A DNA stretch of 63,976 nucleotides, the filler included, from Octopus bimaculoides (Eukaryota), in assembly GCF_001194135.2 (NCBI RefSeq). It is 7 parts of 7 records of this genome, joined end to end, with 100 filler letters (N's around TTAATTAATTAA, not from the genome) between each part and the next. Parts side by side here need not be neighbours in the genome. Positions count along the whole stretch, not along the records: positions 1 to 26,316 come from NC_068993.1; positions 26,417 to 44,599 come from NC_068990.1; 5 more parts are not named here. One strand, 5' to 3'. Position numbers and translations under genes: made by a program. Every line of letters begins with the position of its first letter. Within the stretch, counting starts at the first letter, position 1. The notes below the pieces were generated by a model. That model saw only the letters and a program-made list of their open reading frames with translations. It was not told the origin of the DNA and did no database searches. Shown here one piece after another: positions 23,270 to 34,869 of the stretch.

Positions 23270-23745
23270 CAAGATCATTGAAAGAGAGAATACCTACGCT
23301 GACCTATTGAGAAATCTGCAGTTATTCTATCCAGATTACATCTTCAGGTTTATTTATACCTGTAATTATTGGGGCACTGGGATATGTAATACACTGTCTA
23401 AATGCCAATCTTGAGAAAGTAGCTTCTCAAAACCAGAAAGGAGAAAGTTGATTTGAAATCTACAGATCCAAGCCATCACTGGAACTGTAAGAATCTGTAA
23501 AACTTTCCAGAAGTTTAACATAGAAGTATATCTGAGCGCGTCTAGATATGCAACTATAAGCATGGAAATACACATATAAAACAAACCATACAAATCTGCA
23601 CACATACATACATACATACATACATACATACATACTCTACTGATATTGAAATTCCAATGAAAGAGCCTTGGATCTAGGTGAGAAGCCGATTTTTTCTCTA
23701 TTGGTAAGATATTTTGAAATAGAAGTGATTAATGATACATGCATA
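23270..23745 (+). pseudogene. 3' end of a second R4/Dong-like LINE with (TACA)n tail
   Basis: ENTYADLLRNLQLFYPDYIFRFIxPVIIGALGYVIHCLNANLEK...LQIQAITGTVRICKTFQKFNI* (frameshifted); the IIGALG and TVRIxK motifs match REL-LINE C-termini. Confidence 0.65.
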
Positions 23746-23919
23746 CATACATATACATACATACATACATACATGCATACATACATACATACATACATAC
23801 ATACATAGAACCTCATGTATGTTATGTGAGTGGATTTGATAAGCAGAAAGTGAAAGAAGACCGTTGTATACATATCAAGGTGTGAGTTTGCATAACATCA
23901 CCGGCCTCATCCGTCACCG

Positions 23920-24298
23920 CATGACAACTGGTGTTGGTTTGTTTACGTTGTTGTGATGTAGCGGTTCGGCATATCAACCGACTGAATAAGTAACACGCTT
24001 AAAATAAAATAAAAAATAAGCAAGTACTAGGGTCAATTCGTTCCACTAAATCCCTTACAAGCAGTGCCTTAAAGTGACGCGGTCCGGTGACTGAAACAAA
24101 TGAAAAAATTTTTTACCTGTTTCAGTCATTAGATTACGGCCATGCCGGGGTACCACTATGAAGAGATTTTAGTAGAAGGAACCGACCCAATAACTTTTTT
24201 AATGCCTGGTACTTATTCTATCGGTTTCTTTTGCCGAATTGCTATGTTACGGGAACGTAAAACACCAACACCGGTTGTCAAGCAGTAGTAGTGGACAT
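23920..24298. mobile_element. Two Meta/MESC-type SINE 3' ends arranged tail-to-tail
   Basis: Plus copy about 23920-24105 ends gtgactgaaacaaatg; minus copy about 24110-24298 begins tgtttcagtcattaga. Confidence 0.7.
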
Positions 24299-24313
24299 AA
24301 GGATGGCGTATAT

Positions 24314-24355
<42 letters not shown>

Positions 24356-24914
24356 TCACGTGAGGAAATATGTAAACCTACTTGATCGTTTTGAATGCCA
24401 AAATCTAGAAAAATATGTGCTTTCTAAACACAGACCATCACCGACCTTATCAATTGGCTCAATTCTAATGTACTTTTTATCAGACTGACCACTCAAGATG
24501 TCGGTAGCACTTCAAAATTAAAGAACCCACCTCCCTGACTATCCAACCCTTCCTCTCTTCCATTAAATGATGGTTAAGAGCGACAGTCAGGCGCCACGCC
24601 TGGCTCTTAAGGTATCAATACAGACAAAGGTTGTTTACAACGATCAAAGACACGCTTTCTGAAGCCGCCACTCTGGTAAGGGTACACAACAGCATGCACG
24701 TGATGATGACTCTGAGTGTGTGTGTGTGTGTGTGTCTGTGTGTGATGTCGGCAGATCGGTCTTCTCTAATGACATATCAAAGAGTTCGATCATTGCCCCA
24801 TCCATCTCTCCTCCCCGACACCCGCTTCATTAATGACTCGAATCAACGTTTTATTGAAGGTTGTGGAGGTGGTGAGGATGGTATTCAAGGCTACTAGGGA
24901 ATAACGTAGTATCT

Positions 24915-25400
24915 TTTACTTGTTTCAGTCGTTTGACTGCTGCTATGCAGGGACACTGCCTTTTAAATGTAGAATTTATGAATGACTGTATGTTTACGCG
25001 CATACGCATGCGGTCATGCTGGAGCACAAATTTGAAGAACTTGAGGCGAATGAATCGACTCCTGTTCTAAGAATTTTAAAGCCTGGTACTTATTCTATCG
25101 GTCATTTTTACCGAACCGGTTGCTTAAGAGGAAGCGAACACACAATATCGGTTGCCAAACAGTGGTGGGAACAATCACAGACGACGACACACACACACAC
25201 ACACACACAAACACACATATATATATATATGTACATATACGACAGACTTCTTTCAGTTGTCGTCTACTAAATCCACCCGCAAGTCTTTGGTCAGTCCGAA
25301 GCTATAATGGAAAACACTTGCCCAAGAACGAAAACAGTGGCACTTAACCGGCAACCATATAGTGGGGAAGAAAGTTTCCTACCAAACAGCCACACACACA
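24915..25400 (-). mobile_element. Meta/MESC-type SINE, degenerate, with microsatellite spacer
   Basis: ttacttgtttcagtc...gcctggtacttattctatcgg...tttcagttgtcgtctactaaatccac...acacttgcccaag. Confidence 0.7.
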
Positions 25401-26316
25401 TAAGCATATGTGTGTGTATATTCATATTATATATACGTATATGCATACATATGTATGTGTGCAGACAGGCACACATATTTGTGTATGTGTGTGCGTGCGC
25501 GGCACACACACACACATATTATATATATATATATATATATATGTGGCATCTGTGTTTTCTGTACTTGTTTATCATTTTGTCTACGTTTTGTTTGCAATGT
25601 CCTGTACCCAGATATGCATCTATATTTACAGGTAGATGTAATATGTACATATATGTACGTATATATGCATATACTCATTTATTATTTGTATTATATATAT
25701 ATNNNNNNNNNNNNNNNNNNNNNNNNNNNNNNNNNNNNNNNNNNNNNNNNNNNNNNNNNNNNNNNNNNNNNNNNNNNNNNNNNNNNNNNNNNNNNNNNNN
25801 NNNNNNNNNNNNNNNNNNNNNNNNNNNNNNNNNNNNNNNNNNNNNNNNNNNNNNNNNNNNNNNNNNNNNNNNNNNNNNNNNNNNNNNNNNNNNNNTATAT
25901 ATAGACGTACGTATACACACACGCGAGTATATATGAATGATGAAAAGAACAAAGTATGTATCAATAGTATACCAACGAATACAAAAAATAAAACATGATT
26001 GGAATGTGACAATCTGAAAGGTGCTTATATATGCTATTAATCCAATCACCATATCACTTCAATTACCCCAAATTCGAGGTACATATATGTTGTAATGCAT
26101 ATAAGATGCATATCTGTTCCGCGAATATTATGTCACATTTATTTATACTACATGTACAACACCTATACAGAATTTCGAAATAAGAGTGGCTAACGTAAAG
26201 TGTGTATCTAATGGCAACAAGTTAATATTGAAACATTTAGTTAATTATACACGCCAACTTATAAATGGTTTAATGACTAAATATATATATATGTATATAT
26301 CTATGTGCATATATAT

Positions 26317-26416
26317 NNNNNNNNNNNNNNNNNNNNNNNNNNNNNNNNNNNNNNNNNNNNTTAATTAATTAANNNNNNNNNNNNNNNNNNNNNNNNNNNN
26401 NNNNNNNNNNNNNNNN
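26317..26416. other. Artificial scaffold-join spacer (44 N + TTAATTAATTAA + 44 N)
   Basis: The identical 100-bp construct recurs at 44600-44699, 48102-48201, 51030-51129, 58008-58107 and 62655-62754; the 12-mer has stops in all six frames. Confidence 0.95.
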
Positions 26417-27537
26417 AACTGTAAAAGCCTGGCAATCTAGGGTCAATAATATTTTGGAAGGGCTGTTTTACAGCATAGTCGGAATTAACTTTTTTTCCTA
26501 TCAAAAAGTTATCCAAATTCTGGAAGAAGTAGTAGTCAGTGGGGGCAAGTTGAGGAGAGTATGGTGGATGATAGAGAATTTCCAACTCTAACTCTTGTTG
26601 TTTCACCAATGTCATTTTTGCGATGTATGGTCTGGTGTTGTCTTGCAATAAAATAGGAGTGGATCTGTTGACTAATCTAGGCTGTTTTTTTTTTGTAAGT
26701 TTCGGCATCATTTGTTCCAGTGATTGATGAGCCAGGTTTAATGAAATCAGTATGGATCACACCTGCACCAGACCACCAAACACACACCATCAGCTACTTT
26801 TGATGAATTTTGCTTTTTGGACTGTGTTTTGGTGGCTCGCCTTTGTCCAACCAGTGTGCTGAACATTTACAGTTGTTGTATTGGATCAATTTCTCATCAC
26901 ATGTTACAATTCGATTAAAAAATAATTCACTTTGTGACGAGAAAGTACCATAATGCAGGCTTCTAAACGTCGCTGTTTCTGATTTTCATTGAGTTCATGC
27001 GGAACCCACTTATCCAACTTTTTCACTTTACCGATTTGAACTAGGTGAGTCAATATGGTTTTCTTGCTAACACTAAAGAACAACGATAATTCACGGGCAC
27101 TTTGAGATGGATCTGACTCGACGGTGGTTTTCAGTTCGTCATTATTCACCTTTGTTTCTGGTCGACCGCGTTGCTCATTTTTGAGGTCAAAGTTATCAGA
27201 ACGAAATTTTGCAAACCAATTTGATACTGTCTGCTGTGTAATAACATTAGGATGAAATACCCCATTGATATTCCGAGCTGTCTGTGATGCTGTATTTCCA
27301 AGAAAGAACTCATATTTCAAAGCTGTACGAATTTCCAACTTATCCATCTCTAAACAGAAATAGCAAAAAACGATTTATAAATACTTTATAAAGCGCAAAA
27401 TGAGTTAGAATAAAGAAATAAATGTGTCAGCTTTCTAACAAAAAATAAAGATTGTCAAAATATAATAATGGTGCAAAATGAGCAGCTGTCAATGTTTACC
27501 ATATACCTTACTACAAATTTCATACTTGACGACCTAA
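26417..27537 (-). mobile_element. Mariner element with disrupted D,D34D transposase; 3' end cut by the scaffold join
   Basis: MDKLEIRTALKYEF HTH, KWVPHEL, RIVTCDEK, LLQDNTRPY and HPPYSPQLAPTDY motifs across ORFs 26904-27347 and 26361-26711, with frameshifts/stop; terminus (TA)ttaggtcgtcaag at 27537. Confidence 0.93.
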
Positions 27538-27550
27538 TACTTCTAGTAAG

Positions 27551-28166
27551 AGAAAAGTTTTACTTAGAATATTGCAACTAAGGATAAAATTTCAAATAAA
27601 ATATTTAGAATTTGAAAATATTAGCTTTTATTCAAACTAAACATTTTATTACAAGTGATTACTTCTATTTGCTATTACTTGTTACTTCTATTAAAAATTA
27701 AAAATAACTCATTTAAAATACTTTTTGCACTTTAAAACAATTTTTAAAATTATTAATTAATAATTAGAGATTTGAAAATAGGTAATAAAAAATATTAGTA
27801 GTGCATAATTAGTTAGTACAATAAATAGAATAAAACAAAAATTCGTTATATATTACAGTAAAATCTACCTATAACAACAAATTCACACTAAAATCATTGC
27901 CTAAGCTATTGCCAAGTCTTCACATTTTTGGTCTTGAACAATGCCTATTTTTTACATAATGAATTTGCCTACCATATATACTATTCTACTTTGCATAAAA
28001 GCTATATTGGTGCTTCTAGCTCTCATTTTTTAAGTATTCTAGTGTGTTAATATTTTAACAAAATGATGGTACCTTTGTTAATTATGTTACTTTGCAAATT
28101 AAAATCAAATGATATTTAATATTCAGCTTTTATCCTTAGCTGCAATATTTTAAGTAAAAGTTTTCT
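27551..28166. mobile_element. AT-rich MITE-like element with ~39-bp imperfect TIRs
   Basis: agaaaagttttacttagaatattgcaactaaggataaaa (27551-89) vs reverse complement of 28128-28166; TSD not evident. Confidence 0.6.
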
Positions 28167-28956
28167 TGTTCTGTACTTTACCAGATGTAATAACTTGTCC
28201 CGTACTTTTCCAGATTTATAAGCTTAAGAATATTTTTTCTCTTGCTCGCATTTTTCCATGTAATCCCTGTTTTTTCCAGGCTAAGCTATTATGCTAATTA
28301 ATAATGTGTCAATTAGCGGTGTCGTTGATAATTTTTTCCTTAACTCAATGATGCCGGTGACAAATATTAAAAGTCTCCTAGAACTATATTCATAAAAAAG
28401 TATAGAACTATATTATCACCCACAAGTTTGAGAAACAAACACTCATAACTGTTTTCTTTTAGAACTTAATTGCATGAGATTGATACCATGAAATTACTCC
28501 AATTGAACTCTATCATTTAAGCTTAATTAAAATATAGTTTGTTTTTAAAGTAAAAAAGTTAATTATACTTAAATCCAACTTTTTGCCTTATATTTTTTCA
28601 CGATATTTTACCTCGCAACTGTTTTGATACACATTTTTGTTGCATGGGACCAAAACTATGAAATTTTTCACGCTTTCTTCTGTCGTTGAAGCTAAGATAA
28701 ATATATTTTGCTTTTAAAATAAAATAAAAAGTTATTTAGATCTTATCTTGATTGGTAGCGTTACTTACTCTCCTATAACGTTGTTACACATTTTGATGTA
28801 AACTTTTTTTCTACTGGACCAAATCTCAATTTTTTAATGCCAAAACAGTTTTCCATTTGGTTAAGAACTGAATTAGCGACAAGCTCTGAAATATGCTGCG
28901 TGTGAGTAAATTGCGGCCTTAAGAATATCATTCAACTACTACCATAGTTGAATGAT

Positions 28957-29020
<64 letters not shown>

Positions 29021-29227
29021 CGATATTATTATCATACACTACCAATTTATTTATAGTTTTTAGTGTTTTCGTTTAATTTTATTTGTCATCAGTATTATAA
29101 TGGAGCGACGTTAAGTAGGATCTAGTACTGTGTGAGGTGCTGTAGTTTCGAGCTCTGAAACTTGGATGCATAACGAAGTCGTTAACCCCAAATGCATGCC
29201 TGTACCTGGTAAAATTGTATATTAATT

Positions 29228-29319
<92 letters not shown>

Positions 29320-30432
29320 ACTTTGTAAGCATTAGCAGAGCAATGTTTGTGATGTGTCTGGTTCAAAGTCAAAACAAGAAACCAAAAATAGTTTGCTTGT
29401 GTTAAGTACAATAAACGAATGTAGATAAAGTGGCTTGCACTGATACGGGATAAGATATGATAAACGGCGCTTTGCTCACTATAGAAAAACTTTCCTATGA
29501 AACGATTCGAATATTTATAAAATATATCATGACTTGCTGTTTACATCTTTACATGGAAATGTACAAACCACTTGTCATTGATGGAAAGTCCCATGGCGTG
29601 TCAAATGCGTGTTTCATCACAGGACTCTTCTGGTGACATGCTATGAACTTTGAGAAAATAATTTCCTTGTAATATGTTTTAAAAACTTATCTATAAGTAT
29701 TTATCTAAAACAAAAATACACGTATACATTATGTAAGCGACATTCAAAAAGTATATTAAAGAAATTAAAATTTCGACACGCCTGGCAAATATATATATAT
29801 ATATATATAATAAAATCCACTCACACGGTTCTTGTCGGCCCGGGGCATTGGTATAAGACATTTACTCAAGGTGCCGCTTAGTGGGACTGAACCCAGAGTC
29901 ACATCGTTGAAAAAAAAACCTTCTTAACCACTCAGCTACGCTTGCCCCTATAAAAGAGTAATCGCATGCATCAGCGGGAATGAGTTACTCGAACCTGGAT
30001 CGGTTGCTAGGGAGACAACCATTACACCATTGACAAAAAAGCTATATAATAATCTGCTTGTTCGTTCACCCATTATGCTTCAGTTACTAAGGGAGATGGA
30101 GTCAGTAAGAGGTGGAGTAAAAGTGAGAGAGGGGAGGAGTGTGAGTAGCGAAGAAAGAAGTGAGGAAAAGTAGAGAAAGATATATAAGGCCAAATGTATC
30201 ACGTGGTTAGTTGAAGGGAAAGGCGAAGAGCGAGAGAAAAAGACGATGAGAGAAAAGAAGGAGAGAGAAGTGTTAACGACTGCTGTAAGATGGGGAGGGA
30301 AAGATAAAGAGATATGTTTAGGATACAATATTTAGCAGAGGGTAATGTTCTGGTAATGAAGTTAAAGAAAGGTAGATAGGGAGAAATTGGCAGGGGACGC
30401 AGTTACATTGAGAGAGAGAAAGAGAGAGAGAA

Positions 30433-30479
<47 letters not shown>

Positions 30480-30740
30480 GAGCAAGGAAGAGAAAGAGAA
30501 AGATGGGCAGGGGAGAGGCAATTACATTGAGAAAGAGAGAGACAGATAGATAGANNNNNNNNNNTGAACTATATCTATAATATTATTTTTCTACTTGTTC
30601 GTTCACGTTTTAGTTTGTTAGAGAGGAGGAGATGGAGTGAGAGAGAGAAAGAGGGAATGTGAGAATGAGAAAGAGAGCAGATAACCAGCCGATGCATTTT
30701 GCAGTTGTAGCGTACTTCTCACTCTCTCTCTCTCTCTCTG

Positions 30741-30979
30741 TTATATATACATGAATACGGACTGGTTGGTATTGGCGCATTTTGTCTCCTGTTCTATTGC
30801 GCGCCAAGACGCAACCCAACCAATCGCAGCCTTCAGATAAGGTCGCGTGAGACAGTCTTTTCTGAACCCCAGTTTGAACCGACAGTATGTTATAGAAGCA
30901 AGTTTTTCACCGTCCCATATACCATGTCGGGGTCACCATTTTGTAAGGACCGTCATGTAAACAGGCCGTCATGTAAACA
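30741..30979. promoter_or_regulatory. Promoter-like island: TATA-like tract, two opposed CCAAT boxes, GATA site, tandem forkhead sites
   Basis: TATATAA on minus (30747-41); ATTGG 30771-75; AACCAATCG 30818-26; AGATAAG 30835-41; GTAAACA at 30957-63 and 30973-79; CpG-rich for this window. Motif evidence only. Confidence 0.4.
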
Positions 30980-32999
30980 AAGTGTATGTGTATACAAACA
31001 TGGATGTATGCGTGTGCGAGAAATACAGAGCATAGAAAAGAGTCTATAATGAAGTTAGAAGAATGTCCAGACACAANNNNNNNNNNAAATACAGAGCATA
31101 GAAAAGAGTCTATAATGAAGTTAGAAGAATGTCCAGACACAAGGATGATGAATACCAGTTCGTATTCAAGGTACACAGTGGTTGAGGTGCTGTAACAAGA
31201 AGCCGAGGCCGCATAGCAGAGCCGGGGAGAGGCACACGTCGTGAGAAGTTGTGGCTTCAATGCTACTGCCGGTTACTCGTTACAGAAGGTTGTCGCAGGT
31301 TGTATTTGCTGCTTCACCATGGTGAAGCATTTCACAAACAGTGTGGAGATAGAACCTGTGCGAGCGTTGCTGGTGGTGTGTACGTAGAGAAGTTGGTATA
31401 GTTAAGAAGATGATGGTGGCGACGAAGATGGAGTTTGCCGTAAGCTGCTGGACGAAGTGTCGAAGAGTTTCCATTTGGCTGCTGTTGTGTCGTCGTTGGA
31501 ACTGGCTGTGTGCTCTGTGGTCAGTCGGCTCCACCTTCTGTCTATTATTGTGTTTATTATGTCGCACTCACACACACAGACATACATGTTGACATATCAA
31601 TAAAATCTTCTCTTAAACCTTCTACCGGTTGTGTCTCTCTTTTCTTTCTGGCACTTATACTCATTTATCCTCTTTTCATATTTTTATTTGTTCNNNNNNN
31701 NNNNNNNNNNNNNNNNNNNNNNNNNNNNNNNNNNNNNNNNNNNNNNNNNNNNNNNNNNNNNNNNNNNNNNNNNNNNNNNNNNNNNNCGTGCGATGTACTA
31801 AAGGAACCATTCCTCGTCACCTTCTGATTGCACAGACCTTACACAGTCATTCATGTGGTTAATGGAAGTGAGAGGTGAAGAGGAAGGGAGAAATGTTACA
31901 GACATGAAGAGGGGAATTACATGGTTAAACTGTTTGTTGAAGAAGTAGAGAGAAAAAGAAATATAAAGCGCTTAGCAGAGGAAATTTTAAAATCATATAA
32001 AATATTGTGACCTAGCAAAATAAACAAAAAAAAAAAAATGCAAATCATCCTTTCTTAAATAATTTCTCTTAATCCTCTTCGTTCTGTGGAATTTCCACGG
32101 GTTTCACTACTTAAAATAAAAATAAAAACACTAACTGAATGCTTATGGATAGAAAACATTTCATCATAGTTTATTTATTCGACGAGAGTTCATTGAGAAC
32201 GAAATAAAGACGACTACGTCGACGACGACGACTCAAGTTCAGTATAGAGCTAAAATGATATTTCTAAACAATAAAGAATAATATAGAATGCGGTCACCCC
32301 AAAGGAATTATGGTGATAGCTGAAGATTAATTGCTCCTTTATAATAAAATAGGTTAAAGAGAGGCATGGTGGCTGGGAGAAAGGGGTAAGCACATTCTTT
32401 GTATAAGAGATTATTGGAATTTGAAACACTATTGAGGGTTTGTGTGTTTATCATTGCATCTCGGAATTTGTGTTTATATGAATGTGTAATGGATTCGAAG
32501 AGTGTGTGTGTGTGTGTGTGTATTTTCACGTATATATACACGTGCATATACATACACACACATACACATATATACGCATTCATACATATGTGTGTGTGTG
32601 TGTGTGTATGTGTGTGGTTTTAACAGAAAAAGTTAATTCCACAAGGCCTGAATCGATTTCACATCTAGGTGATTTACTTGCATCGCTATCCCTTCTGTGC
32701 ATCAGGCATTTCGTAATTATTTCCTGCTCCTATATTGCAAAAGCATATCCTTCGAAGTTAGAGCTAATATAGTATTCGTTAATCCAGGATAGACAACTCT
32801 GGGTTTTCAATGTCGCTGACGCTATCACTTTGAAGACTTCTGTAGATATATCCGTGCACAACTTTTTTGCTTGTATGTATAGAGTCTCTCTTCTAATGAC
32901 CTGTTGCTGCAAAGTTGTGCAACCTCTATCTTTGGTCATCAGTCCAGGAATACTTTGTGGGAAGCTCCTTTCCAACTCTAATAATATTATCAGGCAAAA

Positions 33000-33170
33000 A
33001 ATCAGAAATTCGGTGGGAGGGATTTGTCAATTGAATGGATCGCACTTCTTGACTGGTACTTAATTTCATCGACACTGGAAGGATAAGAGATACAGTTGAG
33101 ATCGGCAAGATTTGAACTCAAAACAGCTAAAACAAATACTGCAAGGTATTATTTGTCTAATACTCTAAGA
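33000..33170 (-). mobile_element. Degenerate Nin/Deu-type SINE
   Basis: gactggtacttaatttcatcgacac-ggaaggataagag...gatttgaactca. Confidence 0.6.
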
Positions 33171-33176
33171 ATTTTG

Positions 33177-34751
33177 GGTTAATGTTTACATCTTGACTCG
33201 GAAATGAAATCCCCTCCCCAAATACTGGAGTGGGTATAAAACAATGTATAGGAGACGAATATGAAAAAAAGAAAAAAATGCGCGCAGAGCAACGGGAGGG
33301 TAGGGAGAGGACGTCGGAAAATTAACAAAATCCGAGTTTTTCCCACTTAACTTTTAGAAAAATGGGGGTTTTTCTATGAAATTTTAAAGAAATACCTTTC
33401 AAACGGCATACATTACGATTATAAAGTAATTTGTGGGAAGCATCTTTTCCAAAGGGGTGGGGAGAAGACTTCGGAAAATTCATAAGATCCAAATTTTTCC
33501 CTCATAGCTGTATATATATATATATATGTATNNNNNNNNNNNNNNNNNNNNNNNNNNNNNNNNNNNNNNNNNNNNNNNNNNNNNNNNNNNNNNNNNNNNN
33601 NNNNNNNNNNNNNNNNNNNNNNNNNNNNNNNNNNNNNNNNNNNNNNNNNNNNNNNNNNNNNNNNNNNNNNNNNNNNNNNNNNNNNNNNNNNNNNNNNNNN
33701 NNNNNNNNNNNNNNNNAATATGTGACAGTTATTCGGTAGCCATGATAAAACACGTGGGTATGCGGGCGCGCATGTGTATGTATGGACTTGTGCGCTTACG
33801 CGAATACTAGGGACATTTTTACTCCCTTACCTTTACTCCCTCCCCTTACTTAGCAGTCATTCTAATAGCTCTTTTGTCTTAATAATGGTCAATCACACAG
33901 TAATTTCCCTTTGTTTAACGGTAATTTTCATAGCATTTTTTCGATGGCCAGATAACTGAAGAGATGGCGGCGTGGGTTTCCGCCCCGACATCCGAAACTC
34001 GGAGTTTTATCATGGCTACCGAATAACTGTCATATTATATATATATATATGTGTGTGTATGTGTGTGTGTGTGTGTGTATGTGTATATGTGTGTGTATAT
34101 GTATCTGTATATATGTGTGTATATATGTGTGTGTATATATGTGTATATATATATATGTATATATATATGTATATATATATATGTATGCATATAATATATG
34201 TATATATATGTTTCTATCTCTCTCTTTGTATATAGATAGAGAGTGAAAGAAAGTAATAACGAGTGAATGAGAATAACGACAAAGGGTTAAAAAAGCGTAA
34301 AAATAATTGAAAATGAAGCAAAATTGAAGCCAAAACACTAAAAATTATTGAAAGTGGATAGAAATAAACATTACGTAGTGTAGTAGTACTACGCTAGGGT
34401 ATCTGTAGAAAGTTGAATGTGATTTCGAAATACAACGAGGTAAAATTCGGATCTTGGGAATTTTCCGAAAGTCCTCTCCCCATCTAAAGATTTCCCCCAC
34501 AAATTTCTTTATAATCGTAATGTATGCCGTTTCAAAGATATTTCTATAAAATTTCATAGAAAAAAAACCTCATTTTTCTAAACGTTAAGAGGGAAAAGCT
34601 CGGACCTTGTGAATTTTCTGAAGTCTTCTCCCCACCCTCCCGTTGCTTTGCGCGCATTTTTTTTTCATTTTCGTTTCCTACACATTGTTTTACACCCATT
34701 CCATTTTTTGTGGGGGATTTTCATTCCCGGGTCAAGATGTAAACATTAACC
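33177..34751. mobile_element. Non-autonomous DNA transposon with ~320-bp TIRs (Merlin-like: GG termini, near-perfect 8-bp TSD)
   Basis: ggttaatgtttacatcttgac / gtcaagatgtaaacattaacc; arms about 33177-33505 and 34440-34751; flanks gaattttg and gaatttgg. Confidence 0.75.
33723..34032. mobile_element. Nested small element with perfect 29-bp inverted repeats, bordered by TA-rich repeat
   Basis: tgacagttattcggtagccatgataaaac (33723-51) is the exact reverse complement of 34004-34032. Confidence 0.75.
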
Positions 34752-34869
34752 GAATTTGGTTAATCCAACTCTCTCACATCTATAAATAATAATTGCTTCT
34801 AACTTAAGCTCAACATTAGAAATTTAGGTGAAGGGATTGTCGTTTATGTCAAGTACCATTTTTTTTTTA

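Noticed and set aside
31021-31142. Exact 56-bp direct repeat
   Set aside because: The copies flank a 10-N gap; typical unmerged contig-end overlap, an assembly artefact.
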